DNA from: Octopus bimaculoides
Lineage: Eukaryota
Reading direction: 5' to 3'
Assembly: GCF_001194135.2 (NCBI RefSeq)
Contig: NC_068983.1
Location: 69,629,456 to 69,674,683, forward strand
Length of the DNA stretch: 45,228 nucleotides
The stretch's first letter is position 1, and every line of letters starts with the position of its first letter. Shown in pieces: positions 24,465 to 37,452 of the stretch. The position numbers and the translations under genes were made by a program. The notes under the pieces were generated by a model that was not told the DNA's origin, did not search any database, and was given only the letters and a program-made list of their open reading frames with translations.

Positions 24465-24660
24465 GTTGCAGAATCGTTACAGCATAAGTCAAAATTCCTG
24501 CTCGTATTTAATCATCTCCTTTTACGTCGTAAGTTCAAATCCTATTGACTTTACTATTCATCCTTTGGAGGTCGATGAAATAAAGTGCCACTCTAGCCTT
24601 GAGGCCGATATATTTGACAATATTCTTCCTTTAAATTTCTGACTTTAAGCATACATAAGA
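24465..24660 (+). mobile_element. Decayed SINE family A
   Basis: 'gcagaatcgtta...agttcaaatcc...ctttactattcatcctttggaggtcgatgaaataaagt'. Confidence 0.65.
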
Positions 24661-24845
24661 AATCAATAATCATGTGTCGTAGCTTCATTATTACTGTTAT
24701 ATGCGGTCACTCGGCTCCGCTACAAATAGCAGCCAATTCTCTCTCAGTAGATTACATCTTTCAGTCTTTAAAGAACAACATTGATTGATCACAGCTTAAA
24801 TGACTTCCATTTAAAAGGGAGTTCAGTCAAGGATGGCATTAACAA

Positions 24846-25038
24846 CTTTTCTACTATAGGCACAAGGCCTGAAATTTTGGGGGAGAGGCCTTATCGGTTC
24901 CATCTACCCCAATACTTGACTGGTACTGAAAGGATGAAAGGTTAAGTCGACGGAATTTGAACTCAGAACATAAAGCCAGAAGAAATGCCGCTATGCATTT
25001 TTTCCGACTTGTTAACGACTGTACCAGCTCACCGCCTT
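24846..25038 (-). mobile_element. SINE family A with internal deletion
   Basis: Tail 'cttttctactataggcacaaggcctgaaatttt' through head 'ccagctcaccgcctt'. Confidence 0.85.
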
Positions 25039-25829
25039 CTTAGGACTAAATAGCAATACCAACATTAATGTATTACAAGCACATTACGAAATGCTATAAC
25101 TAAATACTATTCAGAGCTCTATTTTCTCTAACATCAACACCGCCTTAACATTATAATATATTATTAATTCAAAACTAAAATACAAATATGATATATGAAA
25201 TCCCAGACAAAAATTAAACTATAATTGGCAGATATGTACAAAATATCGAGATTCTATTCTCTGGAGTTACTTTTGAAAATAGAGTTTTCTTGGATTATTT
25301 ATTCTTTTATTGAAACAATTGATTGAAAATATTGATTATATAAGTCTCTTCTGTTCACCTCCATTCTCTTTTGAAAACAATATAATTACGATCAAAGATT
25401 GACGTCAGCTAGTGTTTCGTGACGAAATAGCTCACGCAAAGTAATTCTTACATTATATTATAATCAGCCTGCTTACATCAACAGAGCTTCTCTCAGAACG
25501 TTAGTTCCATTACTCACTGGATGATAGATTGTTAAGCTACTTAAAAACTTTGCCTCCTTATAATGTGCACGATATGATGGAAATATGCACCAGTTAAACA
25601 GTTCATCGGAATTCAGGAACAGCAGTTAAAGACTTTGTATTCATATAGTGTATCGTACGTAGAGCAGATCAACCTCGCTGATCCCGTCACTCACCAAGCC
25701 AATACCACTGCAAGCCAATACCAATGAGTGACGCGATCAAGAGCAGATCTTATTGTGGACCGAGATGGACTGTAGCGTTAGGTGAAAAGAAGTAATTATG
25801 ACTTCTTACATAGACATAGCACTAGCATT

Positions 25830-26245
25830 ATATCGACTCCTCTAATTGGCTGGTAATCATTTTATCGATCCTGGAAGACTGAAAAGTAAAGTTAACATTA
25901 GCAGGATTTACACTCAGAAAGTAAAGGGCCGGAAAAAATACCGCAAAATATTTGTCCGGGGCTCTAACGATCCTATTCATCCGCGACCGTAAAATTGACT
26001 TCGGTTGATTTTGAATTCAAAAAGGTAAAAAGTAAATATGTCGATGACCTCTTTTGGTGCCATATTCTCGTTGAGATAATTACAATCTTCGTACCTCTTT
26101 ACGTTCTGAGTTCAAATTCTGCCGAGGTCGACTTTGTCTTTCAACCTTTTGGGGTCGATAAAATAAACATCAGTTGAACACTGAGGTCAATGTAATCGAC
26201 TTACCCCTTCCCCTGAAATTTCTGGCCTTGCACCAAAATTTGAAG
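25830..26245. mobile_element. Oppositely oriented SINE A pair (minus ~25830-25990 decayed; plus 26095-26245)
   Basis: The plus copy has GAGTTCAAATTC and body; the minus copy is diverged. Confidence 0.7.
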
Positions 26246-27718
26246 TCGGTTATTACACTGTCTTTGTTTCAATTAAAAATAATAATTTACTAAAATAATT
26301 TTGTCAGTCAAGCTGGTTAGGAACATAAATTAACATGAAATTTTGATGAAAAGTTTTAAATAAGATCGCTTTAAAGCAGACATTTATAGAAGTAAAGGCG
26401 GTCTCAGTGTATAGGCAATAAAAGAGTAAAAATTAGGCACAAAGCTACATATTTCCAGGAAAAGGTATAATTAATTCAACTGATCCTAGTATCTAACTGA
26501 TGCCTTTTTTATCCACTCATGAAGGATGAAATTAAATTCAATTTCGTTAAGATTTGAACACAGAATATAAAGTGATATGGCTAAATATTACAAAGCATTT
26601 AACCTGACACTCATTCTAATTACTCCGATAAGGTTAAAACTTCTTTCCAGCATAAGGTTAAGGTCACATAATTTATATTGACCACAGTACTTAACTCAAT
26701 TTATTTTGTGAACACAAGATGGCTGGAGAGAGCAAGTTGATCTTCGCGTGATTTTAACTCAAAACATAAAGAGAAAAGTAACATTGTTTCTCTTACTCTA
26801 TTGCTCTGCTGCTGCTGCTTCTTTACTTCAGTAATGAGAAAATGAAATGAAACAGATATATAAGAAAGAAAGCACCACGATAAGAAGTGAGAACTGAGAA
26901 ATAGCTGCAAGGCATATTGTTTACTTTATAAACATCAAAAGAACGATTGAATGGATATTATAAAAGATAACAGAGCTTTTTACAAATATATAAGGAAAAA
27001 AAATGAATAATAGAAGAATGGAAGGCACGAAAATTTTGTGTTGTGATCACTGATAATTAAAAGAGCAGACTTGTCATTTTATTCCAGCAGACATCTCTAA
27101 TTGATGCGTTGTCACTGCAGTTTGTTCTCTCTTTCACACACTCATTCCACTAGCGAATAATTCCTCAAGTGTTGGTGCGTGTATGAAATGTTATATCAGC
27201 TTTTGAGAAAGAGAGCTTATTGGCACAAAGACAACAAACGCCAAGCATCTTTTGTCTAAACAGCACTAAAATACAAATACGTTTTTTCTTTTCCATTTTT
27301 CTTTTTTGCGTAGGATGGCTGCATGAGATTATCCAGTTATTCTTTGTTTTTGCTTTTGTTGAGGAGATTAGTAAAGTAGATTAAGTCGAGCCTTCAGTAA
27401 CTTCTTTGTTGCTTATTCTATTGATTTCTAGAAAAGGTAAGAATTGAAGTGAACCTCGGAAATATTTGACCTCAGAATTTAAAGAAACGCAACTAAATAT
27501 GCTCTACCGTTTCGTACTTCTCACCATCCTCACTACTGAAATACTAAAGTCGGACAAAAACCATTTAATAAGTCACTTGTTGAAACAATTTCGCACTATT
27601 TTTTTCCTTTTTGGATAAAGAAAAGACAGTTATCCGAAACTTAGGATGTCCATGTATATAGAACACACACACACGCACACATACACGCATAGGTACATAT
27701 ATAAGTAAATAAATTAAT

Positions 27719-27798
<80 letters not shown>

Positions 27799-27889
27799 AA
27801 ACTTACTTGGAAATGGATGCGTGGCGTTCAATCAAATAATAATATAAATGATATATATATTTATATATATATGTATATGCATATATATG

Positions 27890-27938
<49 letters not shown>

Positions 27939-28279
27939 AAATTGTGAACTGGGAAATACCTGCAAGGCATATTGTTTACTTTATAAACATGTCAAACACA
28001 ATATTTCTCCAGCGTTCGTTATTTTACCTTCGTCTGGTCTAAGGACCCTTCATAAGTCCCAAATTTTATTTTGACTTTTGTGGGAGCAACTGCCTTTGAA
28101 GACTCATATTGTCGTTCAATGCTCGAAATGGGGAGTAGATGGACAGCCGACAACTGATGAAGGGTCGTTCTTTATGCTACTTGTCCTGTTTTCCATTTGT
28201 TTTCGTACATGTTGTTTACGGTTTGTGAAGTATGTCCTGTACCCATATATGCATATATGTATATATATANNNNNNNNNN

Positions 28280-28512
28280 GTAGTTCTCGGGGAGATTCAG
28301 CTTGACCCTTTGAAATACAAGTACAATAGAAACAGGAAGAAAGAGTGAGAGAAAGTTGTGGTGAAAGAGAGGGTTCACCCGCCCCTTGCTGGAGCCTCAT
28401 GGAGCTTTAGGTATTTTCGCTCAATAAACACTCACAACACCCGAGCTGGGAATCGAAACTGCGATCTTACGACCGCGAGTCCGCTGCCCTAACCACTGGG
28501 CCATTGCGCCCC
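28280..28512 (-). mobile_element. SINE family C (5' half, runs into a gap)
   Basis: Minus-strand head 'ggcgcaatggcccagtggttagggcagcggactcgcggtcgtaagatcgcagtttcgattccc' (A- and B-box, tRNA-derived). Confidence 0.9.
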
Positions 28513-28979
28513 CATTTTTACATACATACATACATACATGTACACAATCCACAGCTTAGTGAGATAGGATTGTTAGTTAATGTCCAGAGATATTCATTTC
28601 TCACTGATATGAAAAAAGAACATAGTTTAGCGTATTAAGATTTATATCAATATAACCACACCGCAACAATATAATATAGATAGATTACATTTCCACTTTC
28701 ATTCCATAGTTAAGATTGTGTACTTCTCGAAACAAAGATAAAAACAATTAACAGAAGTGAGAAGTGTATAACAAAAGATATAATTTTCAAAGATGTTCCT
28801 TCTTAAAGATGCACTTTTAGTGTTACTCACTTGGGTTTTATACTATCCAAAGAATCAAATGCTTAACATAATTAGAATTTAAAAAGGAGGTGTATGTTTA
28901 ATGATTCGTTTACTTCCAACAATCTTATAATTTTCTAAATAACTGGGGAATTTCCACGAGTGCTACTGGTATTACCTAC

Positions 28980-29740
28980 CATGTTGTCCGCAGATAAATA
29001 CTATCAACCTTTTGTCTCCAGAATTCCCTCTCTTGTATTGATTTTTATAGGTTGCTCTTCAGTAAACCAGTGTCTTCAACCAGTTGGTCAATAAATGCCC
29101 TGGCAGGATGATCCCTTGGTTTCTTTCCGTACGTTGGTTCCCACATCAGCATTTAATTCACTACAGAACCTCACACTTCTTTTCTTTATGCTGGAGGTTA
29201 CTCTTGGAAGATTTTCATGAAGAACCTAATTTGTTGTATGGGACTACCATTTGATGTTAAGTACTGCTGTCAGAAGTCTTATAATTTTTGTTTTAAGTGA
29301 CAAGCTTTTTAATATTTGTCATATGGACTTTATGAGCGGTCAGTGGCAAATTTGAACGTGAATGAAATTTCGCCGCTGGCGAGATGTTCCCATCTCTGGC
29401 CTGCAGACGTCCTCTCGAGAGGTGTTAACAATTTCTACTGACCAGTCCATGTCCACTCAGTACCTAAACAAGTATCTGATACGCTAAATTTATGCGTTTT
29501 GTTTAGTATTTCTGTTTTTTTTTTGTGTGTGCAATTTCTAGGATATATCCTGCTGACTACTGTTTGTGAAGATGTAATTTTCTGGCCAAGTCTACAATTC
29601 CCGGCTGGAGCAAAATTAAATTCATTTATAGAAGTCTATGAATGTCACAGAGTCTCATAACCCAACTTGTACAGAGGTTTTGGCCTAGTGCCGAAGCTGG
29701 AAACTAATTTTGCAACTCTTCCAGCAATGCTGCTCACCTA
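28980..29740 (-). mobile_element. Decayed RTE-type LINE, C-terminal part of ORF
   Basis: Minus strand 'RLLTAVLNIKW*SHTTN*VLHENLPRVTSSIKKRSVRF' and 'PTYGKKPRDHPARAFIDQLVEDTGL...EREFWR', matching the RTE 'RMLRxxLNISW...NxELY.NLP...RRLRF...WEP.HG...GRP..TYIDQL..DTGL' tail. The 29330-29740 portion is weaker. Confidence 0.65.
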
Positions 29741-30449
29741 TTATATTTGAAAAATAAAGACAAAAAATTGTAGAATATTTGTATAGAAAGTAAAAATTAA
29801 TAACTCTTACATATTTCTCAGATGTATTGGGCTCCATAACATCGTGGCTAACACATAGTTCTTTCCTTCAACTGTTTGTGGTTTCTTGGCAGCAAATCAG
29901 TTTGTATCGACTCTTGGCGTTGTTCTTCTCACATATTAGTTATGCACGAATATTTTTTCACATGAATTTTGCAATATATTCCTAGCATTCGTAAGATGAT
30001 GCAGAATAGTATGAGGGAGATTTGGCCGCTAATTCTGGCATATCGAAGAAAAATAAGAGGCTCTTACATTAGCACAGTGTGTATGAAAAAAATTCTGTGA
30101 GACACATGACAGTTGTATTTAACCCAGGGTCAGCTCTAACTGAGGGGACCTGTGGTCAAAAGACATTCTAACCCAAACTGACTCGTCCTTTTCTCGGAGT
30201 GATCTGAGGGAGATTTGGATGGTATTTCTAGAGCAGCCCTATATGTGTCACGGAGAAATAGGGAAGATACGGCATGGCAGTGTGATAAAGACGTTTATCC
30301 AGCAACCTTGTGCTTCGAATTTAATGTTAGTGTATAGCACTGTGGGCAAGTGCCTTCCATCGATAGTCTTGTGAATGGAATTTTCTCGGCGTAAACTCTG
30401 GAAGCCCATGGTATATACATACATGCATATGCATACGCATATATGTATG

Positions 30450-30494
<45 letters not shown>

Positions 30495-30504
30495 NNNNNN
30501 NNNN

Positions 30505-30538
<34 letters not shown>

Positions 30539-30582
30539 GCTTTCACTGCGATGGTTTTGTTAAGCAGCATCGAATTTTACTA

Positions 30583-30899
30583 TTCTGTAAATAATAATAA
30601 TAGTATTTTATAAGTTTAAAGCTTATAAGCGATCACTGCGCAATGACTAAAGAAAATAGTCTAATAATGGGGCATATACGCCCTCGACAGAAGAAAGTAG
30701 GTTTTCCCGTACGTGTGGGACTCGAACCCACACCTCCTTGTTTACGCAACCAAGTGTGCTACCGTTATACAAACGCACCAACCTGCTTATTTCTGTCATA
30801 TTTAAGAACTAGTCCCATTATTAGACTAATTTCTTCAGTCATTGCGCAGTGATCGCTTATAAGCTATAAGCTTATAAAATACTTTTATTATTTACAGAA
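30583..30899. mobile_element. Foldback/MITE-like element with ~88-bp TIRs and TA duplication
   Basis: 30583-30671 is the reverse complement of 30814-30899 with few differences; TA at 30581-30582 and 30900-30901. Confidence 0.85.
30707..30779 (-). tRNA. tRNA-like cloverleaf (73 nt), probably pseudo-tRNA; anticodon ambiguous, best fit CGT (Thr)
   Basis: GGTGCGT TT GTAT AACGGTA GCAC AC TTGGT TGCGTAA ACAAG GAGGT GTGGG TTCGAGT CCCAC ACGTACG G. Acceptor stem 6/7, perfect T-arm with TTCGA, D- and anticodon stems imperfect, G instead of U33. Confidence 0.6.
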
Positions 30900-31119
30900 T
30901 ATATATGTATATATACATGTATATATATCTTGTGCGTGTATGTGTGCGTAAACATTAGCTAGAAAACTTAAAAGAAATCTGCTTTACAAAGCACAAAGTT
31001 GCGGACATCTTGTTTCTCTAACACACAGTGAACTAATCATCAGTCGCATGTAAAGCCTATAATCAACAACGTTAATGTTTACCAATTCCAATATAAAAAA
31101 AGAAAACAAACAAAAAGAG

Positions 31120-31410
31120 AGGTACGGGCGTGGCTGCATGATTGCTTCCAAATCACATGGGCGGGCTCAATCCCACTGCGCGGCACCTTGGGCAAGTGTC
31201 TTCTACTATAACCCCGGACCAATCAAAGCCTTGTGAGTGAATTTGGTATAAGTAAACTGAAAGAAACCGGTCACATATATTATACGTGTGTGTATATGTG
31301 CGTATGTGTGTGTGTGTGTGTATGTGTGTGTGTGTGTTTGAGTTTGTGTTTGTCCACCCCGACTACTTGACACCCGGTGTTGGTTAATTTACGTCTTTGT
31401 AACTTAGCAG
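31120..31410 (+). mobile_element. SINE family B running into a gap
   Basis: 'cccactgcgcggcaccttgggcaagtgtcttctactataacccc' CORE-like block plus internal (GT)n. Confidence 0.85.
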
Positions 31411-33521
31411 NNNNNNNNNNNNNNNNNNNNNNNNNNNNNNNNNNNNNNNNNNNNNNNNNNNNNNNNNNNNNNNNNNNNNNNNNNNNNNNNNNNNNNNNNN
31501 NNNNNNNNNNNNNNNNNNNNNNNNNNNNNNNNNNNNNNNNNNNNNNNNNNNNNNNNNNNNNNNNNNNNNNNNNNNNNNNNNNNNNNNNNNNNNNNNNNNN
31601 NNNNNNNNNNNNNNNNNNNNNNNNNNNNNNNNNNNNNNNNNNNNNNNNNNNNNNNNNNNNNNNNNNNNNNNNNNNNNNNNNNNNNNNNNNNNNNNNNNNN
31701 NNNNNNNNNNNNNNNNNNNNNNNNNNNNNNNNNNNNNNNNNNNNNNNNNNNNNNNNNNNNNNNNNNNNNNNNNNNNNNNNNNNNNNNNNNNNNNNNNNNN
31801 NNNNNNNNNNNNNNNNNNNNNNNNNNNNNNNNNNNNNNNNNNNNNNNNNNNNNNNNNNNNNNNNNNNNNNNNNNNNNNNNNNNNNNNNNTATATATATAT
31901 ATATATATATGGAGATGATTAAATAGTGTAAAGCATTCAACATGACGCTGCTATTTCTGTCATTCCAATGCAGTACCCGGCTTTTCTCAGTTTGATAGGG
32001 AGTATAAAAAAAGGCCATATAGTCTATGATCTTTTTGTCCTATTAACGTTTTGTACGTATGCAATATCCCAGCTACTTTGCTGCACTTTGGAATATGATT
32101 ACACACACAGATATTCACTTTTATACGTTAAGATTAGCAGCAATACCTGGCATTACTTAGTTTAACTAGCTTAGCCTTGACTCGCAAGTGCGTATGATTT
32201 GATAGCTTGTACTTCGCTTTTGATAGTTGTTTTGCTAATTATTCAAGTTATCTATGCAATCGTGAGCAGAAACAGACATTCCCTCGGTTTGATTAACATC
32301 TAAAATAAATGCAACCACATAAATTCTTCATATTTTCGGAAAATGCTTTAAAAATATACTAGTAATGCTCAGTTTGTCCAGGAATGTTGATTCACACAGA
32401 ATTGTTATATCTAGACACTTTAGAATTTGGCTCGAGCTGAGTTTCATGAAAACGTTCAAAAACATAAGCAAACAAATATAGAACTTTAAAGTTATATAAT
32501 CTATGATTTTCTTCTCGAAAAATGTATCAATGTGAAAAATAGCTACTTAGTTACACCTACACTTTTATACAATATATAATGCTATTTGACTAAGCACAAT
32601 AATACACCATTGATCTTTTTTTACTCTATACTGGTCCAAGTCCACAGATTCTTAAAGCTAGAGCGTGGTTAATCTAGTCGATCACAGTATAGTGGAAGTG
32701 TCTACGTGGTTATTTGACTTGTTAGAAATAACAACTAAATCGCTCTCAAATCACACACTATCGGTTAATATAGAGACGCGTATTTAAAACAGTAACAGCG
32801 AATATTTTTAGATTAGAGTATCAGAAGTTTAATTTCATTAATAATTTTTTATTTGGAATGTCACATGTATATATGGATTTTAAATTTCTTATCAGTACTC
32901 ATAGATGAGTTTTTTAGAAGATGATATTGCAGGGAGTCTCCTTTATCAAAGGTCCTAATGTGCCACTGCCAACACAAGTGTCTTTGATCGCCATCATTGA
33001 TCTAGGATAAGATAAACTAAGCTGGCATTATCAGGACTCAAACGCCTTCTTTCATAGATCTACACGAGCAGGTATGATTAGGGTTTAATCAACAACAACA
33101 ACAACAACAAATAACACATTTTTATCGACTCCAGCGAGTTGAAAGGAAAGTTTCATTCACCGTCAATGAGATTTGAGCTCAAAAAGTAACTGGAACATAA
33201 TTATTATAAACAGGGCGGGATTAAGGCCGATTAGTTCTCCATTGATAGTCTAACAATGGTTTCCTCTTCCTAGACCCTTCTATTTTTAACTGACAAAACA
33301 TTAAAACAGAATGAGATGAAAATGAAGTAATCGATTAAAACTTCAATTTTCTTCCAGATCAAACTCCACAATAAATATATTAAATGTGAATTATATGAGA
33401 GTGTACTAATGGCAGTAAAATAATTTACTGAAATTTCCCTCTCAGTTAGAGGAAGAAAATCAAACTTTAGTGGCAGTTATTTGTAACTCTCAAGGAAAAG
33501 GGGAGATAATTTGTAGAAATA

Positions 33522-33733
33522 TTCTTTTCTACTATAAGCACAAAGCCTGAAATTTTGCGGGTGGGAGCTAGTGGATTACATTGGTGCGCGACTAGTACTT
33601 ATTTTATCGACCTTCCAGGGTCCCTGAAAGGTAATGTTGACTTCGGCGGAATTTGAACTTAGAATGTAAAACTGGCGAAATACTACTAAGCATTTTGTCC
33701 GGCGTGCTGAAGACTCCGCCAGTTTGACGCCTT
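33522..33733 (-). mobile_element. SINE family A, full length
   Basis: Standard tail, body and head. Confidence 0.85.
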
Positions 33734-34356
33734 AATTTGAAGAAATATTAAATATAATTTTACACTTTTAAATGTTATTTATTCAACATTAAACAGCAGA
33801 GCATCAGAAAACAATACAAGGAAATTGTTCATTTACAAGTGGGACAAAAAGGGTAAAATGCAAATAACAAACTAAACTGTTATAGTTTACCATTTGCGTC
33901 CACGTGGAGAGAAAAAGAAAAAAAGAAAGAAAAGAAAAGATCTCTGTAACGTCCCAATGACGTCCCTTTCTCTTGCTGTCCTAAATATATGCTTATATTC
34001 ATTAGCAGTTAATGCATATCAGATTGCAAGGCAAATAGTTCAACGCCTTAAATGAAGTTGTCCACCAGCTTTGAATGAACAAACTATATTGAAAGACAGG
34101 TTTGCGTTTAGAAAATAGCATCTACTGTTTTATACTGTTCGAGAAAAGCCCCAACAGCAAAACATCCAGATGAAATATTTTGTCTGCATCAAGAAGCACA
34201 ATTTAAGCGGAATAGTTAAGAGATAAGCAGAATGGAAAGGATTAAAACAGCAGATATATTTCTGTAATAAATGAAAATGGGCCTTTTACTTTTATTATAA
34301 ATCTGAATCTGTTTATAGATAGGATTCTTCCTTTCTCTCTTCCTTCATTTCCTTCC

Positions 34357-34392
<36 letters not shown>

Positions 34393-35249
34393 ATATAATA
34401 GGAAATATCTCTAAATACATTATATACTTCAGGAAATCATTAATAGATGGTGAAACGCTGAAAAGGAAAAACAGAAAATGAGGGAACCAAAGAAGAGAGA
34501 AAAGTGTGTGCCCATACATACATACATACATACATACATACATACATACATACAACGATGCACAATGCATACACACACACACACCAGTCGTATATTAAGG
34601 AAAAGAGAAAGAGATAACATGAAAGGTGTCGAGTGAAGTCGGGGCAGTGTTGGTGGTGATGTCGAAGGCGGTGTTGATGGTAGTATTGGCAGTAATTTTG
34701 GTGTTGGTGTTGGTGTTGGTAGTACTGTTGGTGGTCTTGTTTGGGGTTGGGTTTGTGAGTTCCGAAAGAGATATTATTGTCAGAACAATTGCTATAATTC
34801 TTGTAGATGTATCTCCAGTCAAGTGTAACAGACACCGAGAACATATTTAAGAAAGCGATGGAAAGCAGATGCTAATATAATATCTTCACTTCAGATTTAA
34901 CAGGCAGCTCGTTGGTAAACAGAGTTTAATATTGTTTCATTTCTGGACATAGAATTCGTTCTGATTTTCAGCTTCCTTTCATTTAAAGGAAAAGCATTTT
35001 AAAAATGATTGTAAAAGTTGATGCAGTTGCTTGTGTTGTTGTTCTTGTTGTAGTTGAGTAGCTTCGGTTAGTTTGTTTGAATAGATCTCAGACACGAAGC
35101 TAACAGAATCAATGTTGGATGTGAAGTTATATACATATACAGGTCAGTCAAATAGTCAGGACATGCTGATGTGAAGTCTTTTGCTGTGATAGATTAAAGC
35201 AAAAGATTCCCAAGGATTTCTAGGACTTTTATTTTAGGATCATTGACTT

Positions 35250-35860
35250 CGGAGAGTTTACTGACTCTTGACTCATCACCTCATCCTCAGTATCTTCCAA
35301 CCATAGACAAAAACCTCGAACACATCCTTCAATCGAGGTTAAGCTAATCTTATCTTTTCTTGTCTTACAGCACATATCAAGGGAACATTATTGCTCCTTA
35401 ACCCTCTAATCATGATTAATATACAACTAGAAACCGCAGAGTTGCTTCAAATTCTAGGCCTCATCATCATTAACGATTCTCTTGGCAGGCGCACATCTTC
35501 GACGCAACAAAAAACTATATCACATTGGCTGGCCTTTCTCAATAGAGCATGAAAATGTTTAAAACTCCAAAAACGTCAAAACCTCTACACAGCGGTGTAC
35601 TACATCCGTATCCGATACAGCTACACTCACATATTTCTTAGATAGCAATAAAAAAATATCCATTCGACTGATATGTGAGAAATCATTCATTAATACACTC
35701 CAACCTACGACCACACTCATGCTGCAGCTTTTCCGTCTTTTCCGTCTTTTCTGTCTTTTCCATCGCTGCTCCTTGAAGCGGACACCACTGTCCCCTACCA
35801 CATTCACTCAATCCCTAACTTCTTTGCCTTTTCTCCTTTCGTCACCAATACTGCGTCCTC
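35250..35860 (-). mobile_element. Highly decayed RTE-type APE endonuclease remnant
   Basis: Minus strand 'RKGKEVRD*VNVVGDSGVRFKEQRWKR' resembles RTE 'GKGRELAD...CVQETRWKG'; 'SLMMMRPRI' resembles 'DRLMxMKLEI'. Confidence 0.4.
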
Positions 35861-36092
35861 TCCTCCCTTAAGCACCACTTTAACCACTACGTCCAATCTT
35901 TTTTCCTCAATAACAGCAATGTTCTAGAATTCTATTCTTGCACAGCCATTGATTTGAAAGTGTTGAAAAGGCACGTTAACCACTTCAGTATTTCCAGTTT
36001 CGGAAGTCCTGAGAAGGCCATTGATACAATCCTCTCCGCCGGGCCGACCTAATAATTCTGCTAGCTCACCGCCTTGGTAATAGAAATAATAT

Positions 36093-36307
36093 TGGTTTCG
36101 AATTTTGGTACAAGGACATAAATTGTTGGGGAGGGAATAAATCGATTACATTGACCTCTGTGCTCAACTGACACTTATTTTATCGAACGTGACTGGAAGA
36201 AAAGCAAAGTCCACCTCGGCGGAATTTGAACTCAGGACGTGAAGACGGACGAAATGCCGCTAAGCACTTTGCCCGGCGTGTTAACAATTCTGCTAGCTCA
36301 CCGCCTT
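36093..36307 (-). mobile_element. SINE family A, full length (a head-only fragment precedes it at ~36050-36075)
   Basis: Standard motifs; 'tggtttcgaattttggtacaagg' tail. Confidence 0.88.
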
Positions 36308-36359
36308 GATAACAGTAATAATATTACAAGGAGGAATAACAGCATCAATCGCAATAGTT

Positions 36360-36389
36360 CAGCGGCAGCAGCAGCAGCAGTAGTAGTAT

Positions 36390-36422
<33 letters not shown>

Positions 36423-36432
36423 CAGCAGCAGC

Positions 36433-36478
<46 letters not shown>

Positions 36479-36490
36479 AGAAGAAGAATG
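36360..36490. repeat. (CAG)/(TAG)n trinucleotide microsatellite
   Basis: Directly visible. Confidence 0.95.
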
Positions 36491-37027
36491 TAGGAGGGAA
36501 AGTGGTAGAGAAAGATTGCTTAAAGTGATATAGCAATAATTTTTGGCATTAATACCGTTAACAGCAACAGCAGCAGCCGTTATAAAGAACTCTGCAAGAT
36601 CCACTTAATATAATGTAAAGCAAAAGCCTTTACTAAATCAATGTATTATCAGATATTCAACGAAATAAAGAATCAAAGCTAAATGTCAAGTTCACTAAAC
36701 TATAATATGATTTCAACATTGCCATTAAAAATAAAAATAAAACAAATTCCATTAATGTCTCACCACCGCTACTACCCCCACCATCATCATCACTACCAAT
36801 ACCACCATCACTACAACTGCCACTATCAACACTTCTATCAACACTGAAAAATCTAAGAACAACAACGACGATGACGACGATGACAACAACAAGAAACGTA
36901 TTGTGGGTTTTATGTCATTAACCTGTAATATTGATTTCTAGCAAAAAGCAGAAGACTTCCTCGAAATTAGTGGGAAAGAGAACAGACGAGTGCACTGAGT
37001 TCTCTGCATTCAGAGCACTTCTTTATA

Positions 37028-37452
37028 AAGGAGTGGCTGCGACAGTGTGGAAAGAAGTCTGTTCTCCAACCATAAGGTTCCTGGGTTCAGTACTACTGCG
37101 TGGCACCTTAGGAAAATGCATTTTACTGTAATCCTGGGCCGACAAAAAGCCTTGTGAGTGGATTTGGTAGACGAAAACTGAAGGAAGCCCGTCATTTGCA
37201 TGTGTGTATGTGTGTATGTATGTGTGCGAGTGTGTGTGTCTGTGTTTGTATCCACCACAGCTTGGCAACCAGTTTTGGTTTCTTCATGTCGCCATAAGTC
37301 GACGGTTCGGTTTAAAAAATACTCCAAAATGTATAGAATAAGTTCCAGGTGTAGAAAAAAGTATCGGGGGTTGATGTGTTCGATCAAACCCTTCAAAGCA
37401 GTGCTACAGCATGGCCGCAATCTAATGACTGAAACAAGTAAAAGATAAAAGA
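37028..37452 (+). mobile_element. SINE family B, full length
   Basis: Head 'aggagtggctg...gggttcagtactactgcgtggcaccttagg'; 3' end 'gcatggccgcaatctaatgactgaaacaagtaaaaga'. Confidence 0.85.

Noticed and set aside
28100-28260. CTGATGAAGGG motif, Penelope-like appearance
   Set aside because: No stem II partner or GAAA; probably a fragment of an interspersed repeat that I cannot classify from this window.
34595-34822. 75-aa ORF with hydrophobic N-terminus and Thr/Asn-rich body (mucin-like)
   Set aside because: The body is a degenerate (CCA/CAA) trinucleotide array; no splice or polyA support.
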